54,952 nucleotides of DNA, taken from assembly GCA_964188305.1 (NCBI GenBank), contig OZ076896.1. The stretch is one strand, 5' to 3'. The notes under the pieces were generated by a model. It was not told the origin of the DNA. It saw only the letters and a program-made list of their open reading frames with translations, and searched no databases. Every line of letters starts with the position of its first letter. The first letter of the stretch is position 1. Of this stretch, positions 1 to 10,142 are shown piece after piece. The stretch comes from Podarcis bocagei. Lineage: Eukaryota. Position numbers and translations under genes: made by a program.

Positions 1-390
1 CTGCTATTCTGGATATGTATTGGGAAGGGACAAAAACCGGGGATGGGAGGGAGGGAAGAAGAGAACCTTAAAAACACTCAAGACCTTTAGGTTTAGTTAA
101 TATGACTTTTAATTAAGACAAAATGAGAAATCGACGGAAGAGAACTTGAGTCCAACTTAGGAAAAAACTATTTTGTTTATAAAAAAGGTAATAAGATGGT
201 TAAGAGGAGAAACACCAAATTGCTGACACAATCTTGGGAATTGGGATGCACGAGGGGGGTGGGGGGAAGTCTGGGGATAGGGTTAGGAAACTAGGTTTTT
301 CGGAATTTATACATGTTTTTGTCTTGTGTCTTTTTTGTGTGTGTTTTGTCTTTATAAAAGTGGAAAAACCAATAATTATTTTTTTTTTAA
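1..390 (+). mobile_element. L1 LINE 3' end/3'UTR fragment (runs off window start)
   Basis: A-rich strand, G-rich tract followed by GGAAGTC (265-271), then T-rich block and AATAA; same layout as the other L1 3'UTRs in the window. Confidence 0.65.
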
Positions 391-534
391 AAGAGAATTG
401 GCGGGGCCTTGAAACTGCCCATCAAAAATTAGAACCTGCATAGCAAATTGAGGAGGTGCACAGGTTACCCAGCCAGCCATCCCCACTATGTTCTGTCCTT
501 TGAACTATGTACTGTATTTTCTATTTCAATATTA

Positions 535-1300
535 TTTCTTTTCTTTTTTATAAATATTTTTTATTCATTTTCCAGTTTTAAAAAAATTCACACTAATAAC
601 AAATCAAGCCAAATCTTGCCACATTCAAAAACAAAAAACAATACCCCAATTATAGAGGCTGAATTAAATAATTTCAATGGGACTTCCCATGTTCTGGATT
701 TCAAGAGCTAACGTCCATCCTTTATTTTCTACTTTCTTGTTTGTTACTTCCCAATTTTCCAATCCCGATATTGACCATCCTCCTCTCTCAATCAGTCACT
801 GTTATAATTCTCTATCCTGTCCTGTTTCACAATTCCATATTTATATAATCATGCAGGGGGCAGATTTTTGTCATGCAGCAAAGTCAAAATGCAGAGTCTT
901 CACAGTAAATGATAAAACTTTTACTGAATCAAACAAGCAAAGTAAAAACAGAAGAAGATTAGACTAGGCTAGGCAGCGCACTGTAAATGATACAGTATTT
1001 GTACAAGGAATGAGTCATCTAGACTAGAGGATGAGTCAGGATGAGTCAGCTAGCTGAATGAGTCTGCACTTTTCAGCATTTTTCCAACACTTTCTACACT
1101 TTACTGCCTCTGCTGTCAAAGACCTTTGTCACATGACAATTTTTTCCATATTCTTCTCAGTCATAATATTCTGAAGCATAGTCCTCCCTCAATGACCCCT
1201 CCTTTCTCTGCTGATTTTTGCTCTAAAAGGCTCTGGGCTTCCATCCAAAGTTGAAGTTAATTAGCACTGTCTTTGATCTTTCTAAATAAGCTAATGTTTC
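535..1300 (-). mobile_element. Degraded L1 3' fragment interrupted by a solo LTR
   Basis: T-rich tail and TTTATT at ~541-565, GGACTTCC at 680-687 (reverse complement of the 3'UTR motif); the distal part (1144-1300) reads weakly like the ORF2 C-terminus (LAYLERSK...WKP). Confidence 0.5.
869..1138. mobile_element. Solo LTR (270 bp)
   Basis: Inverted termini TGTCATG...CATGACA; 5-bp TSD ATTTT at 864-868 and 1139-1143. Confidence 0.7.
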
Positions 1301-1479
1301 AAATGTACTGTAGGGGTGTACTTGGCAATCAGTAAGTTACACAAAGATTGTTCCCGGTTTCCCCATATTTCTAAATATGCACCTATATGTATGTATTAGC
1401 TCATGTTCATTTAATGGAAACCTATCTCTTTAAAAAAAGTGATAGACCCTTTTTTGATGTTGTGTATGCGGTACCTCCT

Positions 1480-2290
1480 GGGACGCGGGTGGCGCTGTGG
1501 GTAAAACCTCAGTGCCTAGGACTTGCCGATCGTATGGTTGGTGGTTCAAATCCCCGCGGCGGGGTGAGCGCCCATTGTTCGGTCCCAGCTCCTGCCCACC
1601 TAGCAGTTCGAAAGCACCCTTAAGTGCAAGTAGATAAATAGGTACCGCTTTATAGTGGGAAGGTAAACGGCGTTTCCGTGCGCTGCGCTGGTGCTGGCTC
1701 ACCAGCTGCAGCTTCGTCACGCTGGCCACGTGACCCGGAAGTGTCTTCGGACAGCGCTGGCTACCGGCCTCTTAAGCGAGATGAGCACGCAACCCGACTA
1801 CATGGAATTGGCAGAAATGACTGACTGGCAGAATCCGAGACCAGGGAGAAGAGTTGGTGAAAGAAGACTGGAAGAAATTTAAAGACTATTTACAGAAATA
1901 TTGTAAAATTAATGAATGTTAGAAGGATGTTGGATAGAAACTAAGGGGTTTCCAGCTATAATGCTTTAGGAGATACGAAAAAAAAAGGTTTATAAATGGG
2001 TAAAAGCTTAATGGTAAGGATTTGCTGAACTAGCAAATTGAAGTGGAATACAAAGAAGGGAGGTATGAGGAGGTCTGGGGAAATAAGTGTAAGGAAAATA
2101 TGTTATGGAAAATTATTTGTTTTTTAACTGTTTTTATGTTGTGATTTGTATTTTGTTTCTTTTTTTTTTCATTGTTATATTTTAAAAACTTTAATAAATA
2201 TCTTTTGGGGAAAAAAGAAGAAGAGATGAGCATGCAACCCCAGGGTCGGTCACGACTGGCCCGTATGGGCAGGGGTACCTTTACCTTTAC
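1480..2290 (+). mobile_element. Sauria SINE (Squam1) split by an L1 insertion (SINE parts 1480-1795 and 2223-2290)
   Basis: GGGACGCGGGTGGCGCTGTGG head, B-box GGTTCAAATCC, AAGTGCAAGTAGATAAATAGGTACC core, (ACCTTT)n tail. Confidence 0.92.
1796..2222 (+). mobile_element. 5'-truncated L1 3' end inserted in the Sauria SINE
   Basis: Encodes DYMELAEMT...EDWKKFKDYLQK, similar to the ORF2 end of the large L1; AATAAA plus A-rich tail; 18-bp TSD GAGATGAGCAYGCAACCC at 1778-1795 and 2223-2240. Confidence 0.92.
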
Positions 2291-3194
2291 TTTAAGTGGT
2301 ACCTACCCATTAAAACTGAATTTTGTATGTCTGCATTGCATTTCACAAGATACTGGTACATCACAAATACAGCATAATGGCCAGTGGAGGTGGGGGAAGG
2401 ATCTTGAAGATACCTGGAATAACTGAAAGTGACCATCAAAAGGAGTCTACTGTGCTGGTATTCTCCTTCCATATAGGGAAGAGCCTCCCTGTGCAGCAAA
2501 ACTGGGGAGCAGGTCTTAAAAATGCCTCTTTTCACCTGTTGCAAGGAGCACACAAACTGTCATACCATTCCAACTGAGGCTGCAAACATTGCGTAACTAA
2601 ATAAAATGTTTGTTAATAAGAAAATTTGCTTTAACAGCTGTTTTATTTAATTCAGTATAGAAAGTTGCCATTGTGGAGTTATTTAGTATACATATTTGGT
2701 TGCTGTGTATGTGTGCTCAAGCGTGTATGTGTATGTGTGCGCGAGGCATCATTAGTAACCATTAAACCTGAAATTATTATTCGGAGCACATTCAGCAACC
2801 AACAAGCAGAGAATCAAGTACTGTAATATTGCATATTAGCATTTGATAGGAACTAAGACATTTTCTTTTTCATTAGTAATTGAAGCAAGGCAAAGAAGTT
2901 TTATTAGTGTCTGAAGCTGGAAATCTTAAAATAATAATAAAAAATGCACCAGCTGCCACGAGCTTATTCTAATCTCGCTCTCTTATGCATGTAAAGAAAG
3001 ACATAGTGGTACAATTTGCAATAATGTTCACTAAACAGTTTAGATACAAATTAGAATTTTAGTAGCAAATGACTTGCACTTAAAAACAATAACTACTTGA
3101 TTTTTTTGGGGGGGTGGTATGTGTGCTTCTAGTGGCTGCATATAATCTCTTTGTGTGGCATTTGTAGCCTCTTGGTGAGTCTGTCACCTCAAGA

Positions 3195-3352
3195 AGGGCT
3201 CTAATTTGGTGGTAGAGCACATGCATTTCATGCAGAAAAGTCTCAGGTTCAATCTCCTCAGTCTGGAAACTGGAGAAGCACTGTCAGCCAGTGTCAGCAA
3301 TCTGGGGTAGATGGACCAATGGTCTGATTTGGTAGAAGGAAGCTTCCTATAT
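3195..3352 (+). mobile_element. tRNA-derived SINE, Squam2-like, degraded
   Basis: GTGGTAGAGCA...TGCAGAAAAGTCTCAGGTTCAATC head; TAGATGGACCAATGGTCTGA...AAGGAAGCTTCCTAT 3' part. Confidence 0.65.
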
Positions 3353-3371
3353 CCTTATACCCTTGCCATAC

Positions 3372-3742
3372 TGTCAGTAGTGAGTTGTGAGTGCTAGCGA
3401 AGATAAGAGTTCGGGAAACCAGCCATATTTACAGAATTTATTGCTCCTTTGAAGCTATGTACAAGCAGTTCAAAAGTTTGACTCATTCATGGCGGGCCAG
3501 TTGTCCCGACTGGCTTTCCTTTCGATTTTCCCCAGCATAACCACTTTCTAAGCCCAGCCCCCCTCCTTCCTCTCTGACGAGAGTGGCTTGTCCCCGGAAG
3601 TACCTCCCCCCTCTCAGATTCATTACCTCCTGACAGCTCTTCCTCACACTCCTCGTCCGAGGAAGAGCAATTACTTATTAAAGGACCCTTCTCCTGGTAA
3701 GTTCCCATTCTTTCCCCTTTCTCTGGCTCCAATTCCCTGACA
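3372..3742 (-). mobile_element. Solo LTR (371 bp)
   Basis: Inverted termini TGTCAG...CTGACA; perfect 5-bp TSD CATAC (3367-3371, 3743-3747); AATAAA on the - strand at ~3438-3443. Confidence 0.82.
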
Positions 3743-3981
3743 CATACTTAACAACTGGTCATGCAGTGAAGCTGGAGAAGAGTCCAGGGATTCTTAGATT
3801 GCTCTCAAATGTTCCGTTTGTTGAGTATTCATTCAGTTTTGTTTCCAGGGAAGTTGAATGGCACCAGCTATTTTCTGAACAGTCATCCTGGCTTGTTTTC
3901 AGCAAGGCCAGACAAGGTTGCATGAAGCATTACCACAAACTTCCCAGTGTGTTCCCCCATTCCATTCCTTGTTGTAAAACT

Positions 3982-4580
3982 CACCTCACAGAGTGTTTAT
4001 TGTGGGGGAGGAAGGGAAAGGAGATTGTTAGCCGTTTGTTGTTGTTTAGTCGTTTAGTCATGTCCGACTCTTCGTGACCCCATGGACCAGAGCACACCAG
4101 GCACTCCTGTCTTCCACTGCCTCCCACAGTTTGGTCAAACTCATGCTGGTAGCTTCGAGAACACTATCCAACTATCTTGTCCTCTGTCATCCCCTTCTCC
4201 TTGTGCCCTCCATCTTTCCCAACATCAGGGTCTTTTCCAGGGAGTCTTCTCTTCTCATGAGGTGGCCAAAATATTGGAGCCTCAGCTTCAGGATCTGTCC
4301 TTCCAGTGAGCACTCAGGGCTGATTTCCTTAAGAATGAATAGGTTTGATCTTCTTGCAGTCCATGGGACTCTCAAGAGTCTCCTCCAGCACCATAATTCA
4401 AAAGCATAAATTCTTCGGCGATCAGCCTTCTTTATGGTCCAGCTTTCACTTCCATACATCACTACTGGGAAAACTATAGCTTTTACTATACGGACCTTTT
4501 TTGACAAGGTGATGTTGAGACTCCTTAAGGGGAGTGAAAGGCGGGATATCAAGTCCAAACTCCTCCTCCTCCTCCTCTTC
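3982..4580 (+). mobile_element. Squam3-like SINE 3' half split by Bov-B (parts 3982-4037 and 4516-4580)
   Basis: The two parts join to match the intact copy at 22798-23045 (GGAGATTGTTAGCC..TTT|GAGACTCC...GCGGGATATCAA..CCAAACTC + CTC/CTT tail). Confidence 0.8.
4038..4515 (-). mobile_element. Bov-B (RTE clade) LINE 3' fragment
   Basis: Translation VKAIVFPVVMYGSESWTIKKA..RRIYAFELWCWRRLLRVPWTARRSN..ILKEISPECSLEG..LQYFGHLMRR.DSLEKTLMLGK is the Bov-B ORF C-terminus; (CAA)n-type tail. Confidence 0.95.
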
Positions 4581-4614
4581 TCAATTGAGAAATGTTGAAG
4601 GGTATGAACCATTC

Positions 4615-4795
4615 ACCTTCTCCCAGGCCTTTGGCTAATTAAACAATCTATGGTCTTTTAAACTGTTTGTGGGGAAGTTTTAAAAATGGTTTTTGTTTGT
4701 TACTATGGTATGTTTGTGTTTTTATATTGCAAACCATTCAGTGATTCTCAGATGAATTGTGGAATACAAACAAACAAACCAAACCAAACAAACAA
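4615..4795 (+). mobile_element. L2-like LINE 3' tail remnant
   Basis: CAGGCCTTT..., T-rich 3'UTR, (CAAA)n tail. Confidence 0.45.
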
Positions 4796-5554
4796 GCCCT
4801 TTCCAGAACCTTGGAAGTTCTTTTCCGCACTAAGGCACAGGCAAATCTCTAGTAGGTTCAGAACAAGCAAAAAGTGCTATTTTACACATTGTTCATTTGT
4901 CAGATTTGCTGCTACAGGATGTGTTAGGTGCTTGCAGGTATCAGGTGATACCTCAAATTTTAGGATGAATACTAAATGAGCTTCATTTTTGAAAGCTTGG
5001 CTGTTACCCAGCTCTGTCTAATGCCTCAAGTGGAACACACTGGTACCTGTTGCTGTTCTTCTCTAAAAAAAATAAATCCAAATATTTTAAAGTTCGGAAG
5101 CTTTTACTTACTTCTAACAATTCCCTTCCTTAAATAAATAAACACTTCGTGTAAACAAGATAGATTTATGGATGAATTTATGCAGGCCATATGAAAGTCA
5201 AGTGTAATGGAAGATTAATTACAAACATCTTGAACTAAATGACTAGTATATTTTTTGTTTCATAAGAATTAAGAATGTTAATAGAATTCGATGAACAAGG
5301 GGCTCCCAAAGTTTAATGTAAACATAATTATTTAAGCTATAATGAGGAAGTGAAAAAACAGCAATAAACCAGCTGCATATTTATTTATTTACCAGAAATT
5401 TAGTTTTAATCTTGTGCTGCATACCAATATATAAAAATGGTCAAGAAGCAGAGTAAGGACACAGTTAAGTCAAACTCAAGCTCTTCTAGGAAAGAAGTGT
5501 TTAGAACATTCTAATTTTCCTATTGATATCAGTGAACCCAATTTAATTAATAAG

Positions 5555-5886
5555 AATTTTATTATGTATACCCTGCCCATCTGTCTGGGTTTCCCCAGCC
5601 ACTCTGGACGACTCACAGCATATATTGAAACATACTAAAACATCAGATGTTAAAAACTTCCTGATACAGGGCTGCCTTCAGATGTCTTCTAAAAGTCAGA
5701 TAGTTGTTTATTTCCCTGACATCTGAAGCGAAGACGTTCCACAGAGGGCACCACTACTGAGAAGGCCCTCTGCCTGGTTTCCTGCAACCTCACTTCTTGC
5801 AGTGAGGGAACCAGCAGAAGACCTTCGGAGGAGGACCTCAGTGTCCAGGCTGAACGATGGGGGCAGAGACACTCCTTCAGATACAT
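5555..5886 (-). mobile_element. L2 LINE 3' fragment
   Basis: YLKECL...LRSSSEGLLLVP...RAFSVVVP L2 ORF2 C-terminal motifs; shared terminus ATACCC.GCCCATCTG.CTGGG with the copy at 21845-22137. Confidence 0.85.
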
Positions 5887-6823
5887 AGCCATATTTTGGG
5901 TTTCTACATTCTGCCTAGCAACTTGGAAAAATGTTAATGCACACATCCTGGAGGTGACCAGAGACAACATGGCAACTCTGTGTGCCTCTAGGGTGCTCGC
6001 AGCCCTCGATGGGGGCATTATTTATTTTTTAGATTTAGAAACCACTTGAGCAGAAAAGCTCTCCAAATAAAATAGGACATGTAACACAGGTAAGATTTGC
6101 CAGCCATTAAAAAACACCATCCTCATTAAAAGCAAGTTTATATAAAAACAAATATACATAGTCAGCATCATGAAAAAAGATAAAACCAGTAAAACCTTTT
6201 TAAAAAAACAGATAAACAACTTATATGTCTGAGCACATATATCTTTTTTGGGGGTGGACAATGTGTGCATATGTTGTCCTGTAGCGGGAGGAGACCTGAT
6301 GGGGCCTGTTGCGGCTGTGGGAAGAGGCCCACCACAGACTGTGGAATAATGAGGGCGGCCAGCCCTCACCTTGAAAAATTGGGGGGCCCTCAGCATCTTG
6401 CCCCCCCCAGATGACACACCTATGCCTGGGAAGGTTTGCAAAAATGAAAAAAAGTTTTTAGGAGGTTTAAAACAATATAGCGAGCGCACTTGCCTAATGC
6501 CAAAGGCAGTTCTAAAGCACAGCTGCTTCTGCACCAAAGAATCAGCTGCTTACAAATGTGGAGCAGATGTTATGTGGCACATGTAAAATCCAAGGGCCAC
6601 AGATTCAAGCGCTTAAACAGTGCTTATAGGGCAATGTAGTGTCTTAGACATTCACCCTACCTTAAGGTATCTTGCAGTATGTTGATACGGGGCTGTAACT
6701 GGCTGCTTGATGTATTCATAGTCTATCTTGGGCTTCCTTTCTACCTTTAATTAGGAAGATGAAAAGGGGCAGCATCTAGGCAAAGTAATGCTGGATCTCT
6801 GCTTATTTTACCTGGTTTGTGGG

Positions 6824-6824
6824 T

Positions 6825-6876
<52 letters not shown>

Positions 6877-6877
6877 T
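6824..6877. repeat. (TTTC)n microsatellite
   Basis: Direct tandem repeat. Confidence 0.95.
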
Positions 6878-8184
6878 CCCTGAGGACCTTTGTGACCACA
6901 GCATAGGATATAAAATTAAATAAATAAACAAACGACATTTTTAGAATTGCATGCCGGTTCTTGTACCTCATTAATCCTTGAGTAATAAGCTTCTCCCTAA
7001 TGCAGCACTGATTTCTGACTGGCATCCTCTTATATTTAGCATGAAAAAAGTCCAGTCCCTAAATTTCCCACTTTGCGAGAGAAATAAAATAAAAATGTGG
7101 AAGTGGCACTATATCAGTTTCTCCCACACCTCCTCATCAGAGCCCTTTTTAAAGTTGCAGACTTTATATCAAAACATTTGGCTATTGTTGCTGCTCAGCT
7201 AATTGCTGGGAAATGCGTATCTGAATAGTCCATATATAAGAACCCTTGAAAGAGCACAAGGATTTATGCAACTTCCACTTCAGGTTAAGATGTCAACAGC
7301 AGAAAACTAGCAATGTGTGATGTGAGATATTCCATATGCTAGACTTAAATAATCACAGTTGAGAAGCATTGCATAAGTGGAGTTATTTCGGCGGAGGTTG
7401 ACTGACAGTGCTTAATATTCAATTAAGCAGTGTGTTCTTGGGCTCAGATGCTGGTGTGAGCCTAAAAGGGAGCTTAATGTATTTGACCCTAGTAACCCAC
7501 TGGCTTTGATTTTGTATGAGATGGGTACCTAATGCATTTTACGTAACCAAGGGACCCACAACATCTCTTCATTATGGGGATGAGATATCCAGCTAGTTCT
7601 CTAAAAGCTTACTTAAGTGTCCCTGGTCTATTGATTATAATAAAGAAAAGAAACAAGCTTAAAGAACCTTTAACCTACATTAAATCTTTTTTATTTGCTA
7701 ATCTAAACAGGAACTAATCACTGGTGCAAAGGATTAACAGACACAAGAGACCAGATGGTACAATTTAAGTTTTATTTTAGAGTCCTAGGGGACTGCTATG
7801 GTGTAGAATTGGATTAACCTCTTTGACACTCTTTCTAATAACCCAAAAGCTACAGTATAAGGCTTAATCTCTTGACACCCTGCATGGGTCTTCAATGTGT
7901 GTAGATTCTGTAAACGTGCATTGAAAGACATATACTTTATCAAAACAATGGGACTCACTATTTCCTTGTGCTGTTGCCATTGACTTGTAGGCACAGAATG
8001 ATAATCGGGTATCTAGAGTCACTTTAGTCCAACCTGACCGTGAAGGTTTAAAATGGGTAAGTAACATATTGCACAATGTGTGAAAATAATTTATTTTGCA
8101 AATGTCTCTTTGTAAGCAGCCTTAGATAAACAAATGTGTTGTGTCTGTTGCATAGATATTTCTCATTTTGTATTTTACAGAAAG

Positions 8185-8275
8185 GGGTCAATCCTACAAT
8201 CAATTATGCATGGGAAAAGTATCACTGACTTCAGTGGGATTTATGCATGAGAAACTAGGGGCAGGATTGCAGCAG
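8185..8275. mobile_element. Short palindromic MITE-like repeat (related copies at ~18450-18515, 31700-31780, 35572-35645, 43515-43590)
   Basis: CAATCCT...CACTGACTTCAGTG...AGGATTG imperfect hairpin recurring in the window. Confidence 0.5.
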
Positions 8276-9329
8276 AAATGTCAATAATTATTGATCTAGC
8301 TGTATAGTTTGCCAAATAGACTTCTTAACATTTCCATACAATATTCCAGTTTTATATATTCTGTTTATACTCATGGTCACAGTAATAACAACATGAAAAA
8401 TCTGCACAAACCCTTTTTTAATTGGGAGTATTGCCATCTTACATTTTGGAAGACTGCTGATCTTTAATGGATTTTTCAGAACATTTCACATTGTATTGTG
8501 TGTGTATGCACAATCTTTGGTGCCCATGAAAATGGATCTGGGAGAGCATATTTAATTTCTCTCAAATTTAGGTCATGCCTCCCAAATTTGTAAAAACAAA
8601 CCCCAACTCAAAATTATGTTTTTTAAAGAGAAGATTTTTACCAAGCTTGACATTGCACAGTTTTTCAACAGAACTAAACTGAAATCTTAAAAAATAAGAA
8701 CCAAAGAATGAAGAATACCACATTAGCACCACACTGTAGCGTAGCTCCAATAGTTGCATTCTCTCTGGGTGGCTTTTAGACGAATTCAGTTCTGCTAATG
8801 CCAAGTGAAAATGATTAAACACAAAACTTTGTCAGCTGTCATTAGCACTGCGTGGTTTGTAAGCCTTACAAAATGCTTCTAGATTCCTAACTTCAAAAAG
8901 AAATTCAATAGGAGTGAATAATCTTTGCTAACTCTGCGTCATCCCCAAATCAAATTCAACATGACTTATCTGCCTGTAGCTGTTAATATGGGATAGTGTA
9001 AGTCAGTGGGCTAGATGCGTAAAACTAGGAACTGAATTATGTGGCTAGTGCTTTATACAAATGTAGATACTTAGGCACCAAGTAGAACGGTTGGTGGGGA
9101 ACCTCTGGGCCACTGCCTCCAGCACAGGTCAACATTTGGCCAGCAAGGCTATTCCTCACAAACCACACACACCTACCCATCTCTGAGGTCATGTGGCAAC
9201 AGGTAAAGAGTAACCATGGAAATGGCTATACAGGGATGATCAAAAGCTTAAAGTGAGCTTCTGATTGTTCCTTTACATGCAAGGCTCCCTCTTAGCCTTG
9301 ATCAAGCCCACTGGGATGGGCTGTACTAG

Positions 9330-9720
9330 CAACAATTCAAAGTTCTGGCTGTTATCCACAAAGCTCTAAATCAGTGTCTCCCAAACTTGGGTCTCCAGCT
9401 GCTTTTGGACTACAACTCCCACCATCCCTAGCTAGCAGGACCAGAGTTCAGGGGTGATAGGAATTGTAGTCCAAAAATAGCTGGAGATCCAAGTTTGGGA
9501 AACACAGCTCTAAATGGTTTGGGATCAGGATATCTAAAGGACTGTCTTCCCCATGTGATACATCCATTTGTTCACCATTGGAGGAACTGTTATGCATCCC
9601 ATTACCGTACTTTTAGAAAGCATGGTCCACATGGCAGGGCCTTTTCTACTGTGGCACCCAGATTAGGGAATTCCTCCCTAGAATACAGTTGGCGTCCTCT
9701 CTTTTACATTTCAGGCATGC
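9330..9720 (+). mobile_element. L2 LINE ORF2 C-terminal fragment interrupted by a hAT MITE
   Basis: QFKVLAVIHKALN|GLGSGYLKDCL...GRAFSTVAPRL.NS after removing the MITE. Confidence 0.8.
9372..9507. mobile_element. hAT-type palindromic MITE
   Basis: TIRs CAGTGTCTCCCAAACTTGG / CCAAGTTTGGGAAACACAG; perfect 8-bp TSD CTCTAAAT (9364-9371, 9508-9515). Confidence 0.9.
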
Positions 9721-9949
9721 CACTAATAACTTTTGGTTCATACACAAATAGAAAAAAACCAGAGGTTCAGGCCAGCATACAAAGACACAATATATGGCAA
9801 ACAAAGTACAACGAATGTGTCACAATGTACAGTACCTGCTATTACAAGGCACACAGTACATGCAAGCGGTACTCCAGAATCATCAAAATTAGTACAATAT
9901 TACAATTGACGTTTTTATCCCCAAAAAAAGTTTTCGACTGAGTTTCCAC

Positions 9950-10089
9950 TGAAATGAGGCTGCATTTTAATGTTTTAATGTTGTATTTTAATCTTTTTTT
10001 TTAAAAAAATCTTTATTTCAATCAATTCTTTTTATATTTGGTGTTAGCTGCCTTGAGCCGGGTCTTGGCTGGGGAGGGTGAGGTATAAA

Positions 10090-10138
<49 letters not shown>
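9950..10138 (+). mobile_element. L2-like 3' end with (ATT)n tail
   Basis: T-rich UTR, TGTTAGCTGCCTTGAG...GGGAGGGTGAGGTATAAAT, then (ATT)~16. Confidence 0.65.
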
Positions 10139-10142
<4 letters not shown>

